Origin: Coriobacteriia bacterium
Lineage (GTDB): Bacteria; Actinomycetota; Coriobacteriia; Coriobacteriales; UBA8131
Assembly: GCA_009783245.1 (NCBI GenBank)
Contig: WRHL01000002.1
Span: 9,233 to 73,232 of the forward strand
Direction: 5' to 3'
DNA length: 64,000 nt
A program made the translations under genes and the position numbers. Below, piece after piece: positions 38,767 through 48,811 of the stretch; position 1 is the first letter of the stretch; every line of letters starts with the position of its first letter. Below the pieces are notes generated by a model, which was given only the letters and a program-made list of their open reading frames with translations, made no database searches and was not told the origin of the DNA.

Positions 38767-40234
38767 AGCTGCTCGTCTCCTGCTCGCGGATCCTCACCTT
38801 GAGTTTCTTGAACTCAAAGGCAACAAAGATCGCAGCCGTGATAACGCTGAGCGCATCGGCAACGGGAAAGGCATAATACAGTCCCTCAAGGGAGTAGGCC
38901 GAGGGAATGAGCAGCGGGATGATAACGGGCATCAAGAAGATGAGTGGGATGAGATAGAGGATCTGCCTGGTCAGTGAGAGGTACATCGATTTCAGAGGTT
39001 GTCCGCTCGCCTGGAAATAGTTCGACCCCAATACCTGCAACCCCATGACCGGTATCAGGAAGAGCTGCACAATAAGCGCTTTCGTCGTGAATGCCAAAAG
39101 ATCGTCTTCAACACCAAAGAGTCGTACAATCGGCCCAGGGATCAGATGGACCAGGATCCAGAAGACAGCCCCGATGACGATGATCCATACCAAGGCGACC
39201 TGGAAGGTCTTTATCACACGCTTGAAATTCTTGGCGCCGTAGTTGTAGCCAAAGATCGGTTGCGCGGCAATCGCCACTCCCATGATGGGGAAGAGTGTGA
39301 ACATCGCCACGCGGTTCACCACGCCAATGGTGGCAAGCGCCCCTTCTGAGCCTATGGGACTGAGCGCTCCAAGCGCAACCAGTTGATAGTTGATGATCAG
39401 GTTGACAACCGCGCTTGCGATTTGCAGAACAAATGCAGCAGACCCAAGAACAAGTATCGAACGGACGAGTTTCAGCTTGAGTGGAAGGTTCCTGACCCTG
39501 ATCTTGAAGGGCGCCTTCCTGCTGAAGACAAAGTACCAAAACACCAGGACAGCGCTGAACGCCTGACCAAGCAGGGTTGCCAGCGCCGAGCCGGTGACAC
39601 CCCAGTCAAGGACCATGACAAAGAAGAAATTGAGGATGATGCAGATGACGGTCCCCGCTACCATTGTATAGAGGGCACGGTTTGGATCGCCCGCGGTGCG
39701 GATATAGTTATTGAATCCCATGCTGAAGAACTGGAAGATGAAACCAGCTGCGATGATGCGGATGAAGATGGAAGCCTCATGCCAGACTTCCTCGGTAGCG
39801 CCGGAAAGCCTCAACACCACATCCTCAAAGGCAAAGGTGCCCACCGTGCAGAGGACCGAGGCGATGATGGTCAGCGTCAGCGCGTTGCCCAGTATCTTCT
39901 CGGCATCTTTATGCTTTCCCTCGCCAAGGCGCAGGGCGATCAGCGCATTGCCGCCTGTGCCGATCAAAACGCCAACAGACATGGAGAAGATCATGATGGG
40001 CATGGAGATGGTGGAAACAGCAAGGCCAACGGGCCCTACTGCCTGCCCCAGGAAGATCGAGTTGATGATGTTGTAAAGCCCGCTGACAATAAGACCGATG
40101 ATAGAAGGAATGGCGAACTCGACCATGAGCCTGGAGATCTTCGTTGTTCCCAGCCTGTCGACCTGCTTTTTACTCTTTGCCTCCAGCAGCTCATCCTGTG
40201 ACGGCTGCCCAGGGCTCTGCTCTACAGAAACCGT
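38765..40234 (-). CDS. MATE family efflux transporter (MepA-like); start codon uncertain
   Basis: RLGTTKISRLMVEFAIP, LYNIINSIFLG, GYNYGAK. First ATG (40126) lies inside the conserved N-terminus; ACG at 40234 follows an SD. Confidence 0.88.
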   Translation of the reverse strand, partial: TVSVEQSPGQPSQDELLEAKSKKQVDRLGTTKISRLMVEFAIPSIIGLIVSGLYNIINSIFLGQAVGPVGLAVSTISMPIMIFSMSVGVLIGTGGNALIALRLGEGKHKDAEKILGNALTLTIIASVLCTVGTFAFEDVVLRLSGATEEVWHEASIFIRIIAAGFIFQFFSMGFNNYIRTAGDPNRALYTMVAGTVICIILNFFFVMVLDWGVTGSALATLLGQAFSAVLVFWYFVFSRKAPFKIRVRNLPLKLKLVRSILVLGSAAFVLQIASAVVNLIINYQLVALGALSPIGSEGALATIGVVNRVAMFTLFPIMGVAIAAQPIFGYNYGAKNFKRVIKTFQVALVWIIVIGAVFWILVHLIPGPIVRLFGVEDDLLAFTTKALIVQLFLIPVMGLQVLGSNYFQASGQPLKSMYLSLTRQILYLIPLIFLMPVIIPLLIPSAYSLEGLYYAFPVADALSVITAAIFVAFEFKKLKVRIREQETSS

Positions 40235-40321
40235 GTCTACCCTCTTCTTCTATTGTGGGGGATTCCCACTTAGATCCATTATCCCTGTACTGACAGTGTA
40301 CCTCATAACCAGGACACTACG

Positions 40322-41164
40322 TCAAAGATCGCGCAGGCTCACCTCGCCGGCAGCAATCGCCCTGTCACCCAGTGGCGTAGCCAGAACCAACCTGCCCTGC
40401 TCGTCGATCCCTGTGACAATACCGTGTTCGACCTCATCGCCCAGGGCATTCCTCACGCAGACCGTTTCTCCAAGCTGCGCCATGTGCTGCATATATCCAA
40501 CGAGAAACCCGGCAAAGGAACCGCTCGCAGCCTGCCACGCAGCAAAGCGCCTAAGCAGCGTCTTGAGCATAGCGGTGACCACATCCTCAAGAGGAAGGCT
40601 CCCCGCGTGTCCGTCAGCAAGATAGGCGGCCTCAGAGGTTCCCGCCCCCGTGGCTGGGCGCCACACGTTCACTCCCATGCCGATAACAGCGAACTGTTCC
40701 GTGCTGTCAGCTACCCGGGCCCCAAAGACGGCAGAGGCCGGCTTCAGCTCTATGAGGATGCCTACGAGCTTGCCGGTTGGAGCGAGTATGTCGTTTGGCC
40801 ACTTGATGCGCAGTTCGCTGGCGCTGAAGCCCTGCAGGGCCTCCCGCAGCGCCAGCGCAACCAGGGGGCTCAGGCTGGCCACAGCAGAAGCGTCACTTTT
40901 TATGGCAGAAAGCTCCAGCAGCACTGAGAGGTAGAGCCCGCCAGCAGGAGACGCCCAGTTGCGGCCAAGCCGACCGCGGCCAGCCGTCTGTGTCTGGCTG
41001 ATGACAACAAGTGGTTGATCCATCGGGAAACGATGCGCCTGCGCCTGTACCAGTATCTCATCATTGGTTGAAGTGACGCTGTCAAGCGCTATCAGCTGAC
41101 AGACGCCCTCCAGCTGGGTGGTCAAGCGTTCGACATCCATCACAGCTCCGTCATTGCGAGCCAC
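40322..41164 (-). CDS. birA: Biotin--[acetyl-CoA carboxylase] ligase (no HTH)
   Basis: STND, QTAGRGR, KWPND, KLVGILIE. Confidence 0.93.
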   Translation of the reverse strand: MARNDGAVMDVERLTTQLEGVCQLIALDSVTSTNDEILVQAQAHRFPMDQPLVVISQTQTAGRGRLGRNWASPAGGLYLSVLLELSAIKSDASAVASLSPLVALALREALQGFSASELRIKWPNDILAPTGKLVGILIELKPASAVFGARVADSTEQFAVIGMGVNVWRPATGAGTSEAAYLADGHAGSLPLEDVVTAMLKTLLRRFAAWQAASGSFAGFLVGYMQHMAQLGETVCVRNALGDEVEHGIVTGIDEQGRLVLATPLGDRAIAAGEVSLRDL

Positions 41165-41238
41165 GCCTCAGGCGTGGCGTGGCGTGGCAATCCACGGTAG
41201 CGCTTTGGGATATGTGGCGTTACCACAGCGCACAGCCT

Positions 41239-41829
41239 TTATCTCTCGTCCCGTTCATCCCGGTTGTACTCGTTCATCGCCTTGCTGATGCCCTCGACAA
41301 CCGCCATGCGCACTATGGGAACCGCCTGCGCAATGGTCACCCTGAACTCCTCAAGCTCTGAACCCCGCATCTTCTGCAGGACAAAGCTGTGGGCTTGCAG
41401 GCGGCCGGGAGGACGTCCGATCCCAACACGCACGCGAGCATAGTCCGGACCCAGGCTCTGATGCAGCGAGCGTAGGCCCTTGTGCCCGGCGTGCCCACCG
41501 CCCAGCTTGAGCCTGATGACCCCGGCAGGCAGATCGAGCTCGTCGTGCACAACCAACACGCTGTCGACATCGAAGTTATAGCGGCCCGACAACCCTTTAA
41601 CCGGGCCGCCGCTCAGGTTCATGAAGGTCTGCGGTTTCACCAGAAGGATGGGATCGCCCTCAAGCAGGGTCTCGCCCACCTGGGCGTTGGCCACCAGCTT
41701 CCAATACTTGATGCCCAGCTCAGCGGCCAAGGCATCAACCACGGCAAAGCCCGCGTTATGGCGGGTATCAGCATACTCCGCTCCGGGGTTTCCCAATCCA
41801 ACGATAACCTGCGGCCCCTTGAGCTTCAT
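41239..41829 (-). CDS. pth: Peptidyl-tRNA hydrolase
   Basis: GLGNPG..Y..TRHNAG, KPQTFMNLSG, HDELD, GIGRP. Confidence 0.96.
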   Translation of the reverse strand: MKLKGPQVIVGLGNPGAEYADTRHNAGFAVVDALAAELGIKYWKLVANAQVGETLLEGDPILLVKPQTFMNLSGGPVKGLSGRYNFDVDSVLVVHDELDLPAGVIRLKLGGGHAGHKGLRSLHQSLGPDYARVRVGIGRPPGRLQAHSFVLQKMRGSELEEFRVTIAQAVPIVRMAVVEGISKAMNEYNRDERDER

Positions 41830-41831
41830 GG

Positions 41832-42806
41832 TCAGAGCTGGAAATCGGGATCAAAGAGCTCGGAGACCGATGCCTCCTGGTAGACGTTCATGATCGCGTT
41901 CGCCAGAAGCGGCGCAACAGTAAGCACCTTGATCTTATCGTTCTGCCTGCTTGCTGGCACCGGCACCGTGTCGCAGACCACCACTTCCTCCAGCTCGGCT
42001 TCCATGAGGCGCTCATACGCCGGCCCTGAGAACAGGCCGTGCGTCGCGCAGATGTAGACCGCTGTCGCGCCCTCCCTCTTCAGGGTCTCGGCGCTCGCCT
42101 TCATGGTCCCAGCCGTGTCTATCATGTCGTCGTTGATGATGCAGACCTTGCCGGCCACGTCACCAATGACGCTGGAGACCTCCGCCACGTTGTGCAGCGG
42201 CCTGGATTTGTGCATGATGGCAAGGTCCGCGTCAAGCATGTCGGCGAGCTTCTTGGAGGCCTTTGCGCGGCCCACGTCCGGCGAGACCACGCAGATGTTC
42301 TTGAGCCCCTTCTTCAGGAAGTAGTCCGCGAATATCGGCAGCGCGGTCAGATGGTTGACCGGCGTGTCAAAGAAGCCCTGTATCTGCCCCTGGTGCAGGT
42401 CAATGGCAATGGTCCGGTCGACCCCTGCCACGGTGAGCAGGTTGGCGACCAGCTTGGCAGAGAGCGGCTCGCGCGAGGCCGATTTCTTATCCTGCCGGGA
42501 ATAGCCGTAGTGCGTGATGACTGCGGTAACCGTACGGGCAGAGGCCCGCTTCGCGGCATCGGTCATGATGAGCAGCTCCATCAAAGCGTCGTTGACGTCG
42601 CCTTCTTCATAGCTGGCGACCGACTGCACAATGAAGACGTCAGAACCGCGCACGCTTTCCAGATAGCGGGCATAGATCTCGCCGTTCTTGAAGGTCGTCA
42701 GCCTGATCTTCCCCAGCTCGACCTCCGCTATATCGGCGATCTTCTGCGCCAACTCCGGATTGCTTCTTCCCGCATAGAGCTTGAGACTCTTATTCACCTC
42801 GGTCAT
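41832..42806 (-). CDS. prs: Ribose-phosphate pyrophosphokinase
   Basis: YSRQDKK, DLHQGQIQGFF, SPDVG, DDMIDTAGT. Confidence 0.97.
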   Translation of the reverse strand: MTEVNKSLKLYAGRSNPELAQKIADIAEVELGKIRLTTFKNGEIYARYLESVRGSDVFIVQSVASYEEGDVNDALMELLIMTDAAKRASARTVTAVITHYGYSRQDKKSASREPLSAKLVANLLTVAGVDRTIAIDLHQGQIQGFFDTPVNHLTALPIFADYFLKKGLKNICVVSPDVGRAKASKKLADMLDADLAIMHKSRPLHNVAEVSSVIGDVAGKVCIINDDMIDTAGTMKASAETLKREGATAVYICATHGLFSGPAYERLMEAELEEVVVCDTVPVPASRQNDKIKVLTVAPLLANAIMNVYQEASVSELFDPDFQL

Positions 42807-44179
42807 CAGCGTTTTTCCTTCCTGTGCTTCACTGTCCAGCCTTCAATGATTTTCTGCTCGGTGCGCTCAAGGGCCAGGGCGCCGTCCGGCACCGGTTTGG
42901 TGATCACGCTTCCCGCCCCGATCACCGTATCCGAACCCACAGTCACCGGCGCCACCATCATGGTATCCGAACCCACAAAGGCCCGGTCGCCAATGACGGT
43001 AGGATGCTTATTGGCGCCATCATAATTGCAGGTGATCGATCCTGCTCCGATGTTCACGCCCACACCCAACATCGCATCGCCCATATAGCTGAGGTGCGGC
43101 ACCTTGCTGCCCTCACCTATAGTCGAGTTCTTTATCTCTACATGGGTGCCCGCCTTGGACCCGGCTTTCATCACGGTGCCCGGCCTGAGGTAGGCCCGAG
43201 GACCACAGGCCACTTCAGCCTCGAGCCTCGCCCGTATCAGCACACTCTCATCCACCCGGCAGTCTGGGCCTATGACGCTGTCAGTCACCCGGGTATTGGG
43301 GCCTATGACGCTGCCGCTCGCAACTGTGGTTTTCCCCCAGAGCATGGTAAGCGGCAGCAGCTCGACATCGCTTTCCAGGACCACATCCGGGCCAATCCAG
43401 ACCTGATCCGGGTCGAGCATGGTCACCCCAGCCTCCAGATGCCGGTTGTTTATCCTTTGCTGCATGACCTTGGTCGCCTGGGCCAGCTGCGCTCTGCTGT
43501 TGATCCCCTGGGTCTCCTCAGCCAAGGCGATGTGTGCCTTGACGGTCATCCCTTTTGCAACACAGATGCCAACGATATCCGTCAGGTAGTATTCGCCTTG
43601 AGCGTTGTCATTCTTCAGCTCAGCGAGGTTTTCCAACAACACGCGCACGTCAAAGCAGTAGGCTGCGCTGTTACACTCCTCAAGCGCCCGCTCCTCATCA
43701 GTCGCGTCCTTCTCCTCGACAATACGGAGCACGTTGCCCTCTGCATCACGTACCACCCTTCCGTACCCGGTGGGGTCTGCAAGCAGGTGGGTCAGCATGC
43801 AGATGGCTGCCCCGCCCTGTTGCTGTGAGGCGACCAATGCGGTAATGGTGTCAGGGGTGATGAGCGGCGTGTCTCCGCAGAGCACAAGCAGGGACGGCGG
43901 CGTGTCCTCGCGGGCAAGCAGGTCAGCGACCATCATGACAGCATGCCCGGTTCCCAGCCGCTCCTCCTGGATCACCACCGTGGTATCTTCAAGCAGCGGC
44001 TCTACCTGTTCGCGGGCAAAGCCGACAACAGTGATCACCTCTGCGCTTCCCGCCTGTCTCGCCGCATCTACAACCCAACGGATCAGCGGTTTCTCCAGCA
44101 GTCCATGCGTGACTTTCGCGCGTGTGGACCTCATGCGGGTGCCCGCTCCAGCAGCGAGGATCAGTGTTGAAAATGCCAT
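42806..44179 (-). CDS. glmU: Bifunctional UDP-GlcNAc pyrophosphorylase / GlcN-1-P acetyltransferase
   Basis: LAAGAGTRMRS, LGTGHAV, GYGRV, EYYLTD, HLSYMGD, NYDG. Confidence 0.97.
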   Translation of the reverse strand: MAFSTLILAAGAGTRMRSTRAKVTHGLLEKPLIRWVVDAARQAGSAEVITVVGFAREQVEPLLEDTTVVIQEERLGTGHAVMMVADLLAREDTPPSLLVLCGDTPLITPDTITALVASQQQGGAAICMLTHLLADPTGYGRVVRDAEGNVLRIVEEKDATDEERALEECNSAAYCFDVRVLLENLAELKNDNAQGEYYLTDIVGICVAKGMTVKAHIALAEETQGINSRAQLAQATKVMQQRINNRHLEAGVTMLDPDQVWIGPDVVLESDVELLPLTMLWGKTTVASGSVIGPNTRVTDSVIGPDCRVDESVLIRARLEAEVACGPRAYLRPGTVMKAGSKAGTHVEIKNSTIGEGSKVPHLSYMGDAMLGVGVNIGAGSITCNYDGANKHPTVIGDRAFVGSDTMMVAPVTVGSDTVIGAGSVITKPVPDGALALERTEQKIIEGWTVKHRKEKR

Positions 44180-44421
44180 GGGAATTCCTATCTCCAACCC
44201 CCCGGGAACATTGGATTCCATAGTAACATAACCCCATCCTCGCAAGCTGTTCCCAAAGAGCAGGACAGGCCGCGATCACGCTGATGGTGGCGGCGGTATT
44301 ACGCGAGAGTCCCAGTATTTTTACAAGTTGATAACAGGCGTTTCGCAAATATTGCTCAACATGCAACTATTTATCCACTGAGCATAAAAGACCAGTGGCC
44401 CCGTTGAATGAGTGTGGTTCC

Positions 44422-45525
44422 ATGAATCCCAAGAAGCGCCTATATCGAAGCAACGACTCTGTCTTTGCCGGTGTCTGCGGAGGTATCGCTGAGTACCTTG
44501 ATTTCGACCCCACCATCATACGCATCCTCACGGTACTTCTGGTCCTCGCTGGCTTTGGGATACCGATAATCGCCTATCTTATCGCCTTGATCGTCATGCC
44601 CAAGCAACCGAATGACTACACCGGCTATATCGACGTTGAGCCAAGCTCCCCGCGCACCTACTCAGCCACTCCCCAAGCGGCTACAGCTGACCAGGCTTCC
44701 CAAGCCGCCTCGTCTGCATCCGCGTCCCAGGCAGCGTCCGCGTCCCAGTCCTCCTGGACGGCTCCCCCTGACCAAACCGCCGCCGATCAAACCAACGCTG
44801 ATCACGCAACCACCGATCCTTCTCCCCAAGCTACCTATACCGCAGCCCCTGGCTCATCGGCCCCTGGCCCATCGCCTCAGCCTGACTATAGCGCAACCCC
44901 TCCAGGCCGGGCATACACAACCAGCAACCCCCAGGCCTATGATGCCGGCCCCATCAACAGTCCCGTCCAAGAAGCAGCAAAGCCTCGACGCAGGCTCCAA
45001 ACCGGCATCATCCTGGGGATCATCCTTGTCTGCGTTGGCTTGATCGCGCTCTTTGGGGTCTTCCTGAATATCTCCCCCTGGCGTTTCTGGCCCTTGATCG
45101 TTGTCATCCTGGGCTTTGCTGTGCTTTGCACCCCTGGCGAAAAAGGATGGAGCCTGGCGCGCGCTGGGAATGGGATCGTGCTGGTGGTCATCGGCTGCGC
45201 CCTGCAACTGTGGGCGCTGGGTATCGTCTCGGCCTTTGCCTTCTGGCGCATCTTGATCTACCTGTGGCCGGTCCTGCTCATCGTCATCGGCCTCTCCATC
45301 ATCGGCGCCGCCACCAAGCAGTCGGCCTTCAACCTCTTTGGCTCACTGCTGCTCTGCGCCACCATCCTGGTAGGGATGTGGAGTTTTGGCCAGATCGGTG
45401 GACAGGCGGTGGATGTCGTCCTCCCTGGAGGACGCGTTTTCTCGATAACCATTCCTGCGCCGGACATCTTCCCCTTTGACAACGATCCCCTGTTCAAGGA
45501 GATACATATCCTCCCCTTCCGCTGA
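44422..45525 (+). CDS. PspC domain membrane protein with C-terminal LiaF-like TM region
   Basis: KKRLYRS..FAGVCGGIAEY..DPTIIR; low-complexity linker; WRFWP and LWPVLLI. Confidence 0.85.
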   Translation: MNPKKRLYRSNDSVFAGVCGGIAEYLDFDPTIIRILTVLLVLAGFGIPIIAYLIALIVMPKQPNDYTGYIDVEPSSPRTYSATPQAATADQASQAASSASASQAASASQSSWTAPPDQTAADQTNADHATTDPSPQATYTAAPGSSAPGPSPQPDYSATPPGRAYTTSNPQAYDAGPINSPVQEAAKPRRRLQTGIILGIILVCVGLIALFGVFLNISPWRFWPLIVVILGFAVLCTPGEKGWSLARAGNGIVLVVIGCALQLWALGIVSAFAFWRILIYLWPVLLIVIGLSIIGAATKQSAFNLFGSLLLCATILVGMWSFGQIGGQAVDVVLPGGRVFSITIPAPDIFPFDNDPLFKEIHILPFR

Positions 45526-45553
45526 CAGATCGACTGGATTGGATGAGTTCTAC

Positions 45554-45988
45554 ATGGGCCCTGGATTCAACAAGAACACGATAGTCGTCCTTATCGGCGG
45601 CTTCTTCATCCTCATGGGAGTATGGTTCCTCTTCTCGCAGGTCTTTGGGGTCGCTTTACACATGTTCTGGAGGACTTTCACCATCATCCTCAGCATACTC
45701 TGTTCACTGACGATAATAGCGGGGGGCGTATTGTTGCTTGTCAGCGCACGGCAGAAGTCAACCGACCAAACCCCGGGTAAGAGCAAGAAGCTCTGTCGTT
45801 CGACCTCCAACAAGAAGCTGGGCGGCGTTTGCGGAGGCATCGCTGCCTACCTGAACATCGAACCGGTGATCATCCGTGTTGTCGTCGTCGCCCTCTGCCT
45901 CATCAGTTTCTACCTGATTGTGCCGCTCTACCTCATCCTCTGGATGGTAATGCCTCCCGATTCCAGGGAATTCAACACGTGGGTATAG
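45554..45988 (+). CDS. Membrane protein with C-terminal PspC domain
   Basis: KKLCRS..KKLGGVCGGIAAYLNIEPVIIR..YLILWMVMP. Confidence 0.85.
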   Translation: MGPGFNKNTIVVLIGGFFILMGVWFLFSQVFGVALHMFWRTFTIILSILCSLTIIAGGVLLLVSARQKSTDQTPGKSKKLCRSTSNKKLGGVCGGIAAYLNIEPVIIRVVVVALCLISFYLIVPLYLILWMVMPPDSREFNTWV

Positions 45989-46388
45989 GCGCTTTGAGCA
46001 ACGTGACAGTGGAGCGGTATCACGGCCTCCAGCCAGGCATCCTACCGGATGCCGGCGAATCCTGCACCTTGGCTCAATCCTTGGTTCTATTCTGTTATCG
46101 TGGGTTTTATCGTTATTTCTTCCTGCATTCTTACATATTACCGCCTACTTACTCATTCATGAAAAGTCAAGACCCTATTCTTCTCCAAAAGCATTGCGAA
46201 TTGGTGTAGAATGGCTTCAAGCCGTTCACAAGACGGCTCGTTTTATCCGCTGCTTTAATGTGTTTGTCATTTAAGCAGTTTGGCAAACAGTATTTGGTAG
46301 CATAAACACACCACCTCAACGTAGTAGCTGCCGGAGGGAGCCGCAAGGATTGCGGCTTTGCACGATGGTATTGTTGTGGAGGATTATC

Positions 46389-47072
46389 GTGGGTTCAAAC
46401 CGTAAGGCGTCAAAGAGGATTGCGAAAGCTTCTTCCTCTTTCGTTCTTACTTTCATTCTTTCCATTACGGCTTTCACGCTTGCATTTGGAGATTTCGTTC
46501 CTGTCACAGAGGCCAGGGTCCTGGGCGTTGGACGTATCCAGAGCACTGTTCCTGACGCGCCCGTTGCCCCTGAGGAGAAATTCGCGCTTCCTATCGCAGA
46601 GAACCTCCTTGAGCAGGCAAATGAACTGGCTGAGCCAATCGCCCGCGAGGTCGCACCCGTTGCCGTCGCACAGCCTGCACGGATATCTTGGGATGACTAT
46701 GCTGATATGGTGTCCGGCTCCGGAACTCCCTTTACCGCTGAGTACGGCTGGAAGAGCACCATGGCCACCAACTATGCGACCTCCGTTTTCGGCGACTTCA
46801 GCGGCGATCAGTTCCTTGAGCAAACAACCGCCATGGGAACCACCACCACCACCACAAGCATGGGCGTTGCCCACAAAAGCATGCCCCTGGGAACCGTCAT
46901 TGAGTTATACTGCCCTGACACCGGACTCAGCTGTATCGCAACGGTGGACGACCGTGGCCCCTACGGTGGCTACTGGGGCGGCCAGCCCGATACCTTCGAC
47001 CTCCAGATGGGTGTCACCGCCGCACTTGGCAACCACTACGGCTGGTATCAGGTGCTGTATCGGATTGTCTAG
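46389..47072 (+). CDS. Exported RlpA-like double-psi beta-barrel protein (lytic transglycosylase-like)
   Basis: GTG after GGAGG; N-terminal TM; VAHKSMPLGT, ATVDDRGPY, FDL. Confidence 0.8.
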   Translation: MGSNRKASKRIAKASSSFVLTFILSITAFTLAFGDFVPVTEARVLGVGRIQSTVPDAPVAPEEKFALPIAENLLEQANELAEPIAREVAPVAVAQPARISWDDYADMVSGSGTPFTAEYGWKSTMATNYATSVFGDFSGDQFLEQTTAMGTTTTTTSMGVAHKSMPLGTVIELYCPDTGLSCIATVDDRGPYGGYWGGQPDTFDLQMGVTAALGNHYGWYQVLYRIV

Positions 47073-47508
47073 AAACGTCATCTCCATAGAAGAATCCACC
47101 TTCAGCGGCAGCTCAGTGAGCGCCGCTGTTTGTGTATTGCCGCCAGATTCCCGGGTGACTGAAGAGCTTGCCGACGCTGTACTTACCCTGCGACCTACGC
47201 TTGCTCAACACGCCTGTAAACAGCAGGGCATGGGTCTGTTTGGCGATAAGATGGTCGGCGCTACCCTGCCGCATCTTCTTGAACATCTGGCAATCGATCT
47301 TCTGGTGGAGGAACAGCAGCAAGAGGTTGGCAACAACAACGCCCAGCACCTACCTTCTCGTCAGACCATAGCCGGTGCAACCACCTGGCTTGACCGTGGG
47401 CAAGGGAAGATGCAGGTGCGGATCTCCTGTACCGCTCAAAACGCTGAAAGGACCTGCGCGGCGATTACCAGCGCAGCTACACTGCTCAACGGCCTGCTTG
47501 GCCGGTGA
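47065..47508 (+). CDS. Stand-alone cyanophycin synthetase N-domain-like protein
   Basis: LRPTLAQHAC-x18-HLLEHLAIDL resembles the CphA1 N-domain C-x19-HxxEH motif. Probable TTG start overlapping the upstream stop. Confidence 0.65.
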   Translation: MSRNVISIEESTFSGSSVSAAVCVLPPDSRVTEELADAVLTLRPTLAQHACKQQGMGLFGDKMVGATLPHLLEHLAIDLLVEEQQQEVGNNNAQHLPSRQTIAGATTWLDRGQGKMQVRISCTAQNAERTCAAITSAATLLNGLLGR

Positions 47509-47545
47509 ATGTGGTAGTATTCCACAAATAAAAAGGAGCGCTACC

Positions 47546-48811
47546 ATGACTGCGACAGGACACATACAGTTTGATGAGTGGGTGGATCTTTACGCCTCAC
47601 GTGTTGAGACCATGCGAACCAGCGCTGTCCGTGACCTTTTTGCTGCCGCTTCGCGCTCAGATATCATCTCGCTCTCCGGAGGCATGCCGGACATCCGCCA
47701 CCTTCCGCTAGACGAGGTGAGCAAGGTCGCGGCCAACGCGGTACTGCAAGAAGGTATTGCAGGGCTGCAGTACGGTGATACTACGGGGCGTATGCAAACC
47801 AAACAGATAATCTGTGGCCTTGTGCGCGACCTGGGTATCTTTGTCGCACCTGAGGACCTTACCGTGACCACGGGCGCCCAGCAGGCACTTGACCTGCTCG
47901 CGAAATCATTCATCAACCCAGGGGATAACGTCATCACCGAGGGGCCGACCTATCTGGGTGCCCTGCAGGCGTTCTCCGCCTACCAGCCAAAGGTCCATAC
48001 CATCCCCTTTGATGAGGACGGTATGCGCATGGATCTGCTGGAGGCAAAGCTTGAGGAGTTGGGCCCGCGTGGTGCGAAATTCATCTACACCATCCCCACC
48101 TTCCAAAACCCCGGCGGTGTGACCATGAGCCTGGGTCGGCGCCTCCAGCTGCTCAAGCTGGCACGCACCTACCAGATACCGATTATTGAGGACGACCCCT
48201 ACAGCAGACTCCGTTTTGAGGGAGAGACGGTGCCAAGCCTGCGCTCGCTTGATGAAGAGGTTATCTATCTGGGTACCGTATCCAAGGTCTTTGCGCCGGG
48301 TCTCAGGACAGGTTGGGTTATCGCTCCGCGTCCTATCCTCCAAAAGCTCAATATGGTCAAACAGGGCACGGACCTCTGCGGTTCAGCCCTCAACCAGGTT
48401 ATCGTGGAGCATTACTTCAACGAAATCCCCTGGCGCGAGGTGCTTGAAACCATGATCAATACATACCGGGAGCGGCGCGATGCCATGCTCACGGCCCTGG
48501 AGGAGTTCTTCCCTCCAGAGGCCGCATGGACTCGTCCGTCTGGCGGTTTCTTTGTCTGGATCACATTGCCGGAATACGTCAACACGCCCCAGATCCTCTC
48601 TGTCGCGCTGGAGGCTGGCGTTACCTTTGTCCCAGGTGACGGCTGCTTCCCCAGTGACAGCGGTAGAGGGCACAATACCATGCGGATTGCCTTCTGTTAT
48701 GAGGAACCCGAGAACCTCCGTGAAGCCATCCGTCGACTCTCATTGGTCATTGAGGAGCGCCTGGAGCTTTATCGCGCCTTCATCAACGCCGGTGTTCTTA
48801 AGGAGGACTGA
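47546..48811 (+). CDS. PLP-dependent aminotransferase class I (LysN/ARO8-like)
   Basis: SLSGGMP, TGAQQAL, FQNPGG, EDDPY, SKVFAPGLRTG; SD AAGGAG. Confidence 0.92.
   Translation: MTATGHIQFDEWVDLYASRVETMRTSAVRDLFAAASRSDIISLSGGMPDIRHLPLDEVSKVAANAVLQEGIAGLQYGDTTGRMQTKQIICGLVRDLGIFVAPEDLTVTTGAQQALDLLAKSFINPGDNVITEGPTYLGALQAFSAYQPKVHTIPFDEDGMRMDLLEAKLEELGPRGAKFIYTIPTFQNPGGVTMSLGRRLQLLKLARTYQIPIIEDDPYSRLRFEGETVPSLRSLDEEVIYLGTVSKVFAPGLRTGWVIAPRPILQKLNMVKQGTDLCGSALNQVIVEHYFNEIPWREVLETMINTYRERRDAMLTALEEFFPPEAAWTRPSGGFFVWITLPEYVNTPQILSVALEAGVTFVPGDGCFPSDSGRGHNTMRIAFCYEEPENLREAIRRLSLVIEERLELYRAFINAGVLKED

Noticed and set aside
40250-40252. Pyrrolysine or stop-codon reassignment explaining the in-frame TAG (and the TAA at 50524)
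   Set aside because: TAG and TAA terminate many intact genes here (metY, mfd, nth, nrfA, vWA) and no pyl genes are visible.
46420-47064. 5' part of the 362-aa ORF overlapping the rlpA-like gene
   Set aside because: It is an alternative frame of a real gene with no recognisable motifs; only the part from about 47065 looks coding.
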